Positions 53,249 to 63,594 of a stretch of 64,000 bases of DNA are shown here, piece by piece. The notes beneath the pieces were generated by a model, which was not told the origin of the DNA, made no database searches, and was given only the letters and a program-made list of their open reading frames with translations. Location of the stretch: NCBI RefSeq assembly GCF_011386835.1, contig NC_088814.1, positions 3,534,001-3,598,000 of the forward strand. Reading direction: 5' to 3'. The position numbers and the translations under genes are program-made. Source of the DNA: Chrysemys picta bellii (taxonomy: Eukaryota). Each line of letters begins with the position of its first letter. The first letter of the stretch is position 1.

Positions 53249-55946
53249 ATTGTAATTAATCTAATAATCTTCACCCCCTTCATCCGTTGATTTTTTTTGC
53301 CTCCAAATCTCCACCTAAAGAAAAACCATTTGGAGTTGCCAAAAATATTAATAACCACTCTTTAATCCCCGCTCTGCCTCAAATCCTGAATTAAGTGGAG
53401 TGCTGTCACATGGCCAGCTGGGGAGTGGGGCTGGGAGGGTCACGGCGTCTAACTCCAGGCCAGGAAGCAGCCACCTCCATCTGAGGATCAGGTCCAGGAG
53501 TTACTGGTTTGGGATGGAGGGAGGATTGACTGGAAGAAGTGAGGGTGAGATGGGGTTGGTGGTGCCAGCTCTTAGATCTCCTGTGGTTAATAATGGACAG
53601 ACCCTTCCACTACAGTTGGGAGCAGGGTTGGGCTTCCTACCAGGAAACCGGATTAGAGCAGGATTCCAGCCACTCTGCTGGCCCCCATCCTCTAAACCGC
53701 ATGGCCAGGGTCCAGCCAGGAGACCCGGAGCTGCAGTTACAGATTTGGTTTACGCTCTTTGGATAAAGCTCGGCCCATATTACCGGCCTTTCCAGCGTTT
53801 GGATTGGATGGCGCGGTTATGATACTCTTTAGACAAGGCAGAAAACTCAGCAAGATCAAATCAGCAACTCAAAGGCAGGTGGACTCCGACCTGTGCGTTC
53901 CTGGGCCGAGGCTGACTAGATGTGAGGGAGCACTTGGCAGTCAGGCCATGGGGAAACTTCTGTGCTTCAGGATGCAAGATCTCTAAATAAAAGTAGTGGC
54001 TTTATTTCACGCAGCTTGTGCGCTCTCTTCCAAATCCTGCTCTAGGGACAGGAATTGGGAATGCGGAGGGGGGAGCTGTCACTGGGCACAGCAATGACGC
54101 AGACAGACCTGCCTCCCGGCAGCAGCTGAAGCTGGGGAAGGGAAAGTTCCACCTAACCTCCCTGGTGATCAGTTAATCCCTTGAACGGGGCTCGCTGTCC
54201 TGTCCCCCGCGGTTATGGACCGTGCTGACGGGTGTGATGTCAGTTCTCTGGATAGTAACGTTACACTCCCTGGCCTCACGCGCGAGCCTAAATCCCTCTG
54301 CGCCGCCTCTGGGGCGGGGATTGGATTTAAAGACTGGATGCTCATTTGAAGCCTTGAATTCCTTCCCCTGCATGAACTAGCCCCCTAGGAGAATGGGGCC
54401 AGCCCGGCGCCATTGTGACCCAATGGCTAAAGAAGTGGTGCCCTCATTACCAACCCTGCTGTTTGTACGGCACGATCCAAGGCAGGTATTTGCGTGTGGT
54501 GAAGAAGGAGCACGAGCTGGCGGGAGACAGCCTGGGAGACTGAGGAGCTGCCACATCCATTTTCAGTGACGTGGGGCACGGAGTTGGGCCTCTGAAAGAC
54601 GCTGTGGCTTTAAGCTGCCTCGCCTCCCCAATGCGATCTGCAGGTCCTGCGTGTGCGAGGAAACTAGAGAGACTCACTTAAGCACCATAAAATCCCACCC
54701 TTGGCTTCCAAACTATTTTTTGCTAGAGCGAGTTAACTAGAGAGGGTCAACGTGGGGTTACTGTGCCCCCCACCTTGGGGAAAGACCTATTTCCCCCCCC
54801 CCAAACATTTCTTTAAAGGGTTGGTTCCAAATTAAACATCCTGTATTTATTAAAGTCGTCAGCTGAACTATTCACCACGTTGGGATTACTTAAATATAGA
54901 CTCACAGCTGTGTTGTAGGCTGTTTGTTTAACGTTTGCACTCCCCCCAACTCGGAGTGAATCTAGGCAGCCCCGTTTGCCTTGATTTTATAGCTTTTATT
55001 TTCAGTGGATTCTCATGCAGTAAAACACAGGCTCAGTGCATAGCTCTCAGAGAACAGCATGGAATATGTATCGATAGCCACAAAATAAATATCTAGATAA
55101 AGTGCCATGGAAATCCTGAAAACATCTCGTCATTATTAGGTTCTCTGAAATGTTTTTTAAACATACAGTAAAATTCTAACCGTTGGGCCTAAATTATCTG
55201 GGGTGCCCACTAAAATTCTTCAGCAGATGGGATCGGGACCAAAACTAAATTGTGCTAATTCTGAAGTTGGAATCCTGCTGAAATTCTACCACGGCTAGTT
55301 TTGTCTTCTCCCTATACAGTGAAATTCCAGATTCGGTAATTTATATTCTGCCTACCTCCTACTTCCCTTTCACTTTCAGATGGAGTGGGAGGCGGTTTTT
55401 CATTACCTGTTCGAAACTCTTGTGGAATGTTACTGTCTGCCCTTTAGCAGCTGCTGAGTTCTGCCCCAGAGGTGGCTGCATATCATGTAAAACGATATGG
55501 AGAGAGAGAAACTAGTGCATTGAGTGCAGGATCAGGAATTGGCTGAGTTCTAATCCCAGCTCTTGCTCTCTAACTCGCCCCTTCTTAGTTTCTGTGACTC
55601 AGTTTCTAAAACAAGGGTGTTAAGGCAGATCTGCTTCACAGGCTGGTATGCAGATTAATTGAATGATGTAAGAACTTTGAACCCCCCCAAAGTGCTGTAA
55701 AAGCACCCGGAGCCGCTAGGAAGAGGCTCTAGAAATGCATGCCCCAAGTAGGATTTCACTCTGTCTGTACGGCACAAGGAGAACCTGGGTGCTATAGAAA
55801 ACCAACCCTGCCTGATACTCCAGTAGCTGCTCAGGCCACGTGTGGCCCTACACAGACACAGGGGAACAGGACCTGCCATTAATAGAAGCGTAGAATTTAT
55901 GAATGAAGAGACCCTCAGAGAACCAGCTAATCCACCTGCCTCCAGT

Positions 55947-55952
55947 TTTATT
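55947..55952 (-). terminator. Candidate PNMT polyadenylation signal AATAAA
   Basis: First minus-strand AATAAA I found after the stop, about 220 nt downstream. Confidence 0.55.
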
Positions 55953-56169
55953 TAACCCCTTCACTGCTAAATTGGCTACCACATGCAAAGGAGATGCGCT
56001 CTGGAGCTGGGGGTGGAGGGGGCGTTAAGGAGAATCACGCAGCATCTCAGGTTATCTGCCTAGGATGGATGCATCTATTGCATGACTAGCTACCAAACTT
56101 CACTCTGCTGTGGGACGTGCATCTTAGCAAAGAACAAGAGGATTGGCCAGGCCTGCCTAGCCACGGGCC

Positions 56170-56605
56170 TCAGGCCACGGGCTTCTTCTGTGCGTGGACA
56201 AAGAAGACCCCACTCACGTCATCCACGCCGATTTTCAGGCTGGGCGGCATGAGGTAGGAGCGGAAGTCGTGGATGTAGTAGCCGCTCTTGCTCAAGGCCT
56301 CCTTGACGTCGGCCTCGCTCACCGGCACCACCGAGAGCTTGGCCTCACCGGCCAGGTAGAAAGACTCCTCTAGGGCGCCAATGAGGAGGAAGTGGCCCCC
56401 GGGCTGCAGCAGGGTGGTGACGTTACGCAGGGCTCTCTCGAAGCTCGGCCGGTCGGGGCTCACCGCCTCCAGGCAGAAGGTGGAGACCAGGGCGTCGGCC
56501 CGCTGGCACAACTGGGAGCCCAGCGGCTCGGACTGGTGGACGTCGATGGGCAGGATCTGCCTCAGTTTCCCTCTCAGCTTCTGCTCTTTCTCCTTCCACT
56601 GCTCC
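56170..56605 (-). CDS. PNMT: PNMT exon 3 coding part, EQWKEKEQKLRGKL...FFVHAQKKPVA*
   Basis: tgcacag acceptor; TGA at 56170-56172. Confidence 0.95.
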
Positions 56606-59600
56606 CTGTGCAAGCCAGAAAAGAATGAGGCTCGGCCGTGAGAAAGGGAGCGTGGGAGTCGAGCAATAGGCATCAGGGGGGCAGTGTACCCAGCCGCACC
56701 CAGGAGGGAGAGGGGGTGTTTAGGGTGCTCCAAGGGGGATGATGGGATCAGAGGAGCCAAAGGGAAAATTTTGGCCGAACCGGCCCACGGAAAAGCGCCA
56801 CAGGGGGTGGGGTGAGAATTTTATGCCCGCTCAAGGTGCTGGGGTGATAACACCAGAGTCTGACATGGAGCATCGCCCTGCTTCGCCCCTCCAGCCCGCC
56901 TCAGTGCTGGAGAGATCAGAGCCATGGAGAGGGACCCACCCGTGGTCCAGTCTCCATAGCTGAGACTCCTAGAGAGGGGGGGTTTAGCTCGCTCAGGCTG
57001 GGTGCCCAGCTGCGTCCCCGAGGAGCCGTATAATGAGGCTAGATAGAGCCCTGGGCAAGCCAGAGCGGGGAGGGACTCCAGCACCGCTGGGCAGAACAGG
57101 CCTGACTTTCCGGGGGGTAGGAGCTCAGGGCTCTCTGCAAAACCAGCCCGATTCGGCCACGCGCTCACCGCGGCTGTTATCGGTTACTGAGCACCAGCAT
57201 CACGTCCGTGCTCGTTAGAGCTTCAAGCGTCTGAGGCAGAGGGGCCACGCCGTGCTGGGGACCCTGACAGAAGGGGAACGTCGGGTTATAGAGCGAGATC
57301 TGTTCGTTTCCAGCTCCAGATTGTCCCAAACGCAGCGTGGCAGCAGGTGGGGTTCACGCCGACACGGCTGTTTTGGCACAAGGCTGTGGGTGACTCCCCT
57401 TTCTGAGTACAGGGTGTTCCCAGCTCTGATTTCTGGGGTCACGAGGGTGGGTGTGTAGGTTTTACTTTCTCTGCACTCAGGAGATCATTTCTCGCCCCCC
57501 CCCCCCCCGTCTCTCGCTGCTTCCAAGCAGGGTGCTGGCCCTGGGGAGGGTTAGCACTCTGCACCCTGGGGAGCGCCCTGGTTGCTTCGCAGGCTGGGAG
57601 ATCAATGCGGGGGCTTTGGAGTGATGCCGCTGGGCCCTGGGCCCTACCCAGAGCTGGAGCAGTGACGTTACCAGACCCGCGAGTCCCCCCCCACCATCGC
57701 TGATGCTCTCCGGTTATTTGGAGCCAGCAATTTGCTTTCCCCAGCCCTGCTCCAGGAGACGCCCTCCAGCCAGGGAGGCCTTTTGGCAGCAGGGCTGACA
57801 AGCTGTGACGGAGCAGGGAGTGGGGTGTGGGAGTTTTACTGGGACTGTCTGCGTTGGTGATGGGGATATCAGGGGGTGACTTCACTTGAGGGACGATACC
57901 TGAGCATGTAACCTGAGCCCAGGAGGGGGGCTGGGGCCAGGTGACACCTTTGCCCAAAAGGCTGGAGGAGGAGCCGGGGGGAGGCTGGGTGAGACGGCTG
58001 GAGAGGGTTTCAGTTTGGAGCTGGCTGGGGAAACGGAGGGAGCCCCAGGGCTGGGGTCTCAGCTCCCTGCCCCGCAAGATGGACCTGACTGAGGGGGTCC
58101 TGTTGTCTGTACCTACACGCTCTGTTTTGGACTGTGTTCCTGTTGTCTAGTCCCGGTGAATCGCAGGAAGTTGGGGGGTGCAGGGCCCTGCCTCCCCCCA
58201 CTTCCTGACACAAGCGAGACTTGGAAGCCGGATCCCTGGTGTGAGCGCCTTGAGCTTCCAGCCCCCAGTGGCACGCTGCCTGGCGGGCAGAGCAAAGCCC
58301 AGGGGGTGAGGCCAGGCGGCGGGTGCGCGGCCCCAGGACACGGGTTTGCCCGCTGGTAACTTTGTACGGCTGGCGCGGGGTGAGCAAAGGGGAGGGATCG
58401 ATGCCCGGGGCAGTCACTGGGTGAGCTAAGCGATCGGTGGGGGGGGCTCAAAGGGGTGTGTGGGGCTGTCAGTGTGCGTGTGAACGTGTGGGACACGGCT
58501 GGGCGGCGGTGCGCTTCCTGTGACACGCCGCATGCACATGCCTGTGCTGGCCAACAACGCCGAGGTCACCCTGGTTCCTTTAACCCTGTGCCTCAGCAAC
58601 CCCCCCCCCCACCCCAGCTGCCCATTGCTAAATCCGCCTCACCCCCCCAGTCCACTTGAGTTCCCAAACAGCGAGTTTGGGAATTCAAGTGACACCCTCA
58701 GGTCACACAACCAGCCCGGACCACGGAGCATCAGCCAGAGCGGCTGCTCCGTCCAGTCCTGCTCGAACGCCCTCGCTCCGGCCAGCTCTTCCCCCGGCTC
58801 TGGTGCCACCGACCAGCCTGGTTCGCAGGCTGCCCCCTCCCATCCCCCCCAGACGCCTACCCTTTGCCCTCAATCCGGCAGACGTGTTTGATGTACGGGC
58901 TCCAGTCGAAGCTGTCGGGCTCGCCCCGCACCCACCGGCGCAGCACCTCCCGGTTCACCTCCAGGTAGTCGGTGGCAATGATCTCCTCGAAGTGGTCGCA
59001 GGCGCTCAGGAGCTGGTAGATGGTGGGGCCGGAGCCGATGTCGATCAGGGTGCGGCCGTGGATGTCCCCTGGGGGGCGAGGGAGACCGGTACAGAGGGAC
59101 GTGTGCTAAGGGGTGGGGAGGGGGGTGAGTTTTTGGGATACCCGCTTTGCGGTGGAGGAGGCTGTGAGAGCGGAAATGGAAGGAGAATTCAGCCCAGGCC
59201 CAGGCCTGGTCTCCGCTGGGAAGCGTTTCCCCGACAGCCGTATGGGTACAGCAAACCCTGCGTGGAGATGCCCTCAGTCCGGCCAAGAGTTCCTTTGCCT
59301 GGGTGGCTTATACCCGGTCCCCTCCGAGCTGAGCCGTAGCCGCAAAGGCTTTTTCTAGAAGCCACGAGACGTTCAGCCTAGCGGAGGTGAAGGGTGGGCA
59401 CCAGGGCTCCTGGGTTCTCTCCCCCGAGCTGCCAGGGGAACGGAGTGTAGTGGTCAGAGTGTGAGGGGTGGGCACCAGGGCTCCTGGGTTCTCTCCCCCG
59501 AGCTGCCAGGGGAACGGAGGGTAGTGGTCAGAGTGTGAGGGGTGGGCACCAGGGCTCCTGGGTTCTGTTCCCAGATCTGCCACCAGTGCTGGCTTCAGTC

Positions 59601-59894
59601 TGTACCTCAGTTTCCCCATCAGTAACACAGAGGCCGTGACACTCTCCTCCCTCCCAAGGCAGCTCGGAGACTTCATCCACTGATGCCTGCAAAGCCCTTT
59701 AAAGGCTTATTTACAGCTTCCGTCTCACCCCAACGCTCACCTGTGGCGAAGGCCTCGGCCAGGCACCGCAGCTTCCAGGGCACCACGCAGTCCTCGGCGC
59801 TGAAGTCGGCCCGGGGGGGCATGTAGTTGTTTTGCAGGTAGGCTCTGGGGTTGAACTTCTGGTAGCTCTCCCCGACGGCCGCGATGCTGCTCAT
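56170..59894 (-). CDS. PNMT: Phenylethanolamine N-methyltransferase, complete, 3 exons, 265 aa
   Basis: Exons 154+208+436 = 798 nt. PRAYLQNNY, PWKLRCLA, LIDIGSGPTIYQLLSAC (SAM motif I), FCLEAVSPD, GALEES and GVDDV are present, including equivalents of human K57, E185, E219 and D267. Syntenic with PGAP3. Confidence 0.96.
58861..59068 (-). CDS. PNMT: PNMT exon 2 (208 nt), DIHGRTLIDIGSGPTIYQLLSACDHFEEI...CRIEGK
   Basis: ccccag acceptor; GG|GTAGG donor. Confidence 0.95.
59392..59566 (+). repeat. 74-bp tandem repeat (about 2.4 copies) of a tRNA-SINE head, PNMT intron 1
   Basis: Units start at 59392, 59466 and 59540; contain TAGTGGTCAGAG and CTCCTGGGTTCT. Confidence 0.85.
59741..59894 (-). CDS. 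PNMT: PNMT exon 1 coding part, MSSIAAVGESYQKFNPRAYLQNNY...LAEAFAT
   Basis: ccagccATG Kozak context; G|GTGAGC donor. Confidence 0.93.
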
Positions 59895-59947
59895 GGCTGG
59901 GGGATCGGCCGGGCGGCTCACGCCCAGCTGGGGCCGAGGGAGAGGCC

Positions 59948-59953
59948 TTTATA
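59948..59953 (-). promoter_or_regulatory. PNMT TATA box (TATAAA)
   Basis: gggcTATAAAggcc, 54 nt upstream of the ATG, GC-rich flanks. Confidence 0.75.
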
Positions 59954-60434
59954 GCCCCTGCCCTGGGTGGCTCAGGGCGTCGCAATGCGCTAATCGGCCC
60001 AATCTGATTAGGGCCCAACGTGCGCCAGGCAGATGGGACCTGGTGCTCCCCGCAGGGCAGATGGAAATTGAGATCATTTCTCTAGCTGCCCCCCTCCGCC
60101 CCCCCAACCACGCCGGCCCCCCGGCCCAGCCAGGCGGGGAGGAAGCTGTCGGGCAGTGATTGGCTGGACATTTAGGGGAGTTAATGGAGGCTCCAGAGAC
60201 ACGTCGGGGGTGGGCTGGGAGATTAGTTTATCTTGCACCGGATGATCATTTGACAAACGTATTGAAAGGCGACTTTATTGTGGCCGTTCATCCCGGCTAA
60301 CCAGGTTAGTGTCAGCGCCGGGGGGGCCGGAGCCGCGTCCTGCCGCTCCACCCCGACCGGCTCAGCCTGCCGACGGGCTCTGGCTTTTCACAGTGAACGT
60401 AATGCTTGGGAAGAGCAGAGTAAGGGAAGTGCCA

Positions 60435-60775
60435 GCTCCCCACACAGCTCTGCCGGTGCCCCTCAATCCCGACCTGCAGCCCCTGCTAGCCCAGCCCTGG
60501 GCTCCCCCCACCCCAGCTCTGCCGGTGCCCCTCACTCCCGACCCGCAGCCCCTGCTAGCCCAGCCCTGGGCTCCCCCCACAGCTCTGCCGGTGCCCCTCA
60601 CTCCCGACCCGCAGCCCCTGCTAGCCCAGCCCTGGGCTCCCCCCAACACTGCCGGTGCCCCTCACTCCCGACCCGCAGCCCCCTGCTAGCCCAGCCCTGG
60701 GCTCCCCCCACAGCTCTGCCGGTGCCCCTCACTCCCGACCCGCAGCCCCCTGCTAGCCCAGCCCTGGGCTCCCCC
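60435..60775. repeat. 64-69-bp C-rich minisatellite, 5 copies, upstream of PNMT
   Basis: gccggtgcccctca at 60452, 60521, 60587, 60651 and 60718. Confidence 0.93.
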
Positions 60776-61924
60776 CCTCCCCCCAACCACACAGCTCTGT
60801 TGATTCCTTTCCACATAGGCCCCTCTGGACACAGGTTGTGAATTGGTCTTTAACTGCAGGCTGGTTCTGTGATGTGCTCCGCAAGGAGGCAGCGCTCTGC
60901 ACCGGCTGGACCCCAGCTCTCAGCCCCCAGCTGGCCGGCCTGCTCCCCCCATCCCTCTCGCTCCACCCTGGCTCCCTGGTGCTTCCCGTGACAGGGGCGA
61001 GATGGGGCTGGCCTGAGGACACCAGGCGTTAGAATCATTCCCAGCACTGGTTTGGCTGGGGAAGATCCATCGCAGCCAATGGGGAAGGGGCCGGGGGCTT
61101 CCCTTTGCCACCTTTCCTCGCCCATTTCAGCCTCTTGGCTTATTTCAGACTCGCAGGTGGGGACAAACCAACTCCTCTCCCAGCCCATTCATGGCAGCTG
61201 GATCCGCTCACAGCCCCCCACCCTCGTGATGGGAGGAAGGGGCTCATTGGCACAATGCAAACCAGGGCGGTAATGGAGTTAGCGGGCAAGGGGGGCCGGC
61301 CTCAGGGCCCTGTCAATTGTGGCTGTGAAATATCTCTGGTGCAGCTGATAACGCCAGGCCTGGAACAGGTTAGCGGCCCCCAATGGAAAAGCTGTCTCAG
61401 CTCATAAATTACGTCAGCGAAAGGCCATTAAATGAGACCGATCCCAGCGCTCTGGTGGGGCAAACGTGTTTTGATCCGTGAGCGGCTGGCGGGCGGGAAT
61501 TGTCACTGTCGGTGCTGGCTGCATGGGCGGGGCCAGGCTGAGAGCCGATTCTCCAGCCCCCGCCATGCGATCTCGGAGCTGGTGGAAGGGCATCAACTCC
61601 ACAGCCCGGGGTCCTCTGCTGACCTGCACAGCAGGGGCGGCTGCTCCCCCCCAGCGTGCCCAGAATGGGGGGCATCAGCCTGGTCAGTCATTGGGCTTCC
61701 TGGCCATGAAGGATCCCGGGGCCCTTTCTGCCAGCCGAGGAGGAGCACTGACCAGGCGTCCTGACGCCCTTTTACGTTGCTAGCCCTAGGAAAGGCCATT
61801 TCACTGGGGCAGGGGCGGGGAGGGAAATGGAGGTGCCAGTGGGGGGAGGGCACTTGAACAGAGTCCCACAGCAAGTGGGGAATAATAATACGAGTATTAT
61901 AGCACCTGCCACCCAATGATCAGC

Positions 61925-62030
61925 TTAGAACCCAGGAGTCCTGGCTCCATGTGGCCTGCTCTAAGCTACTCCCCTCCCAGAGCTGGGAATAGGACCCAGG
62001 AGTCCTGGCTCCCTGCCCCCCTGCTCTAAG
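61925..62030 (-). mobile_element. Tandem tRNA-SINE head fragments
   Basis: acccaggagtcctggctcc repeated. Confidence 0.6.
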
Positions 62031-62111
62031 CCCCAAGTCTCCACCCGGAAAGTGTGAGTCCTTCACATGCTGCCGCACCCCCTCCCCCAGGAATCCTTGG
62101 ACCCAGGGCGG

Positions 62112-62121
62112 CTATAATTAG
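62112..62121. promoter_or_regulatory. MEF2 consensus site CTATAATTAG upstream of TCAP
   Basis: Exact YTA(W)4TAR match about 1 kb upstream of the TCAP TATA box. Confidence 0.55.
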
Positions 62122-62629
62122 CCCCATCCCCTTGGCCCTGGCGGGACAGCCAGACTGGGCTGCTCAGCACATTTTCTCCCGGCCGGGCGAGGTTTTCACA
62201 TTGCGTCTCTGGGCCGGGGGAGTGTGCTGAGGGCAGGGGCTCACGCAGTTGTCACTGCCCCGGGGTGGGCTCACCGAACACGGGGCTGGGAGCTCGCCCG
62301 CCGGGGGGCCACTAACCCGGGGGTCTCCAGGGTCAAGTTTCAGGATAAGCTCATCCCCCAAGCTTGGTGGCCAGCAGGCCCCGTGCTCCATGGCCTGGGG
62401 CAGCGCCGAGCCCGGCCCGTCAATGAGAAACCCAGTCTGAGAACCGCCCCCACCGCTAGTTCCAGCTCCCACATGCTCTCTGGGGACACCTGGGTTCTGC
62501 CATCCAGGGGCCACTGGCTCATCTGGGCCCCTCCAGCCAGCCAGCCGGCCAGCTCCGGTGGCAAGGGGGAGACCTTTAAAAGAGCCACCACCCCTTTTCC
62601 CCACTTTGAAGTTGTGGGAGGGAGAGGCG

Positions 62630-62780
62630 TGGGCTCTAGTCAGTTCCAGCAGGGGCGGGGTGGGCTGGGCGCCAGGACTCCTGGGTTCCAGTCCCAGCTC
62701 TGGGAGGGGAGTGGGGTCTAGTGGTTAGAGCGGGGTAGGCGAGGGTATCAGAACTCCTGGGGTCTACTCCCAGCTCTTCT
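62630..62780 (+). mobile_element. Dimeric tRNA-SINE heads
   Basis: ggggtctagtggttagagc and ccaggactcctgggttcc. Confidence 0.65.
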
Positions 62781-63129
62781 ATTGAGTCCCTCTGAGACCC
62801 AGAGTAGACCAGAACTCTCTTCCCGCATTGGGCCGGGGGTTTGCAAAGGGTTAATTCTCACCCCTAAAGGGTTGGGCCACCTGGTGTGGACAGTGGCCCA
62901 GGATTGCCCCCCTCCACACACACCCCGTAGCTGAGACCCCTGCAGCTTCCCACAGGCTGCGTGAGGGGCGGGGGTATAAGCGTTGCCCGGCAGGGTGATC
63001 TCCGGGCCGAGGCTGGTTTCCAGTAAACAACAAACGCAGGGGGTGTCCGGTGTCCGGAGCGCTGGCGAGTCACCGCGTGGGGCGGATATAGCCCCTGACG
63101 ACACGGCTCGGAAATAGCCACAGGGAGAC

Positions 63130-63137
63130 TATATAAA
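63130..63137 (+). promoter_or_regulatory. TCAP TATA box (TATATAAA)
   Basis: Canonical TATA box upstream of the TCAP start codon. Confidence 0.7.
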
Positions 63138-63170
63138 CCCTGGCCTGGACAGCCAAGTACCAGGGCTTGG

Positions 63171-63365
63171 ACACGCACAGCCGGGCTCACGCACACGCAG
63201 CCGGGCTCACGCACACACAGCCGGGCTCACACACACGCAGCCGGGCTCACGCACACACAGCCGGGCTCACGCACACACAGCCGGGCTCACGCACACACAG
63301 CTGGGCTCACGCACACGCAGCCGGGCTCACGCACACGCAGCCGGGCTCACACACACACAGCTGGG

Positions 63366-63404
<39 letters not shown>

Positions 63405-63408
63405 GCTC
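63171..63408. repeat. 20-bp minisatellite (9 full units) ending in a (CA)n microsatellite, between the TCAP TATA box and ATG
   Basis: ccgggctcacgcacacgcag every 20 nt from 63181 to 63360; CA run 63368-63402. Confidence 0.95.
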
Positions 63409-63445
63409 CCCCCTCCCCCCCAGCAAGGCGTCCCACAGGGCGAGG

Positions 63446-63594
63446 ATGTTCGGCAAGAGCGTGGTGCTGCGCAGCGCGGGGGTGCTGTCGGCGGCCGAGC
63501 TGGGCTGCCTGGTGAAGGAGGAGGACGTGGTGCGGCACGAATCCTTCACGGCCGAATGGAGGGACCTGTCGCTCTCCACCAGGCCCGAGGAGGG
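63446..63594 (+). CDS. TCAP: Telethonin (titin-cap) coding exon 1, MFGKSVVLRSAGVLSAAELGCLVKEEDVVRHESFTAEWRDLSLSTRPEEG; exon 2 outside the window
   Basis: AEWRDLSLSTRPEEG matches human AEWKDLTLSTRPEEG; phase-2 donor GG|GTGAGT at the same position as in human TCAP. Confidence 0.93.

Noticed and set aside
56170-59894. Assignment to NNMT or INMT because of the 265-aa length
   Set aside because: PRAYLxNNY, PWKLRCLA, EAVSPD and GVDDV motifs and the position next to PGAP3 identify PNMT.
63167-63445. ORF-track start MDTHSRAH... as the annotated TCAP start
   Set aside because: It is a TTG start called under prokaryotic rules and the peptide is repeat-derived; the first ATG is 63446. Kept only as a hypothesis in the findings.
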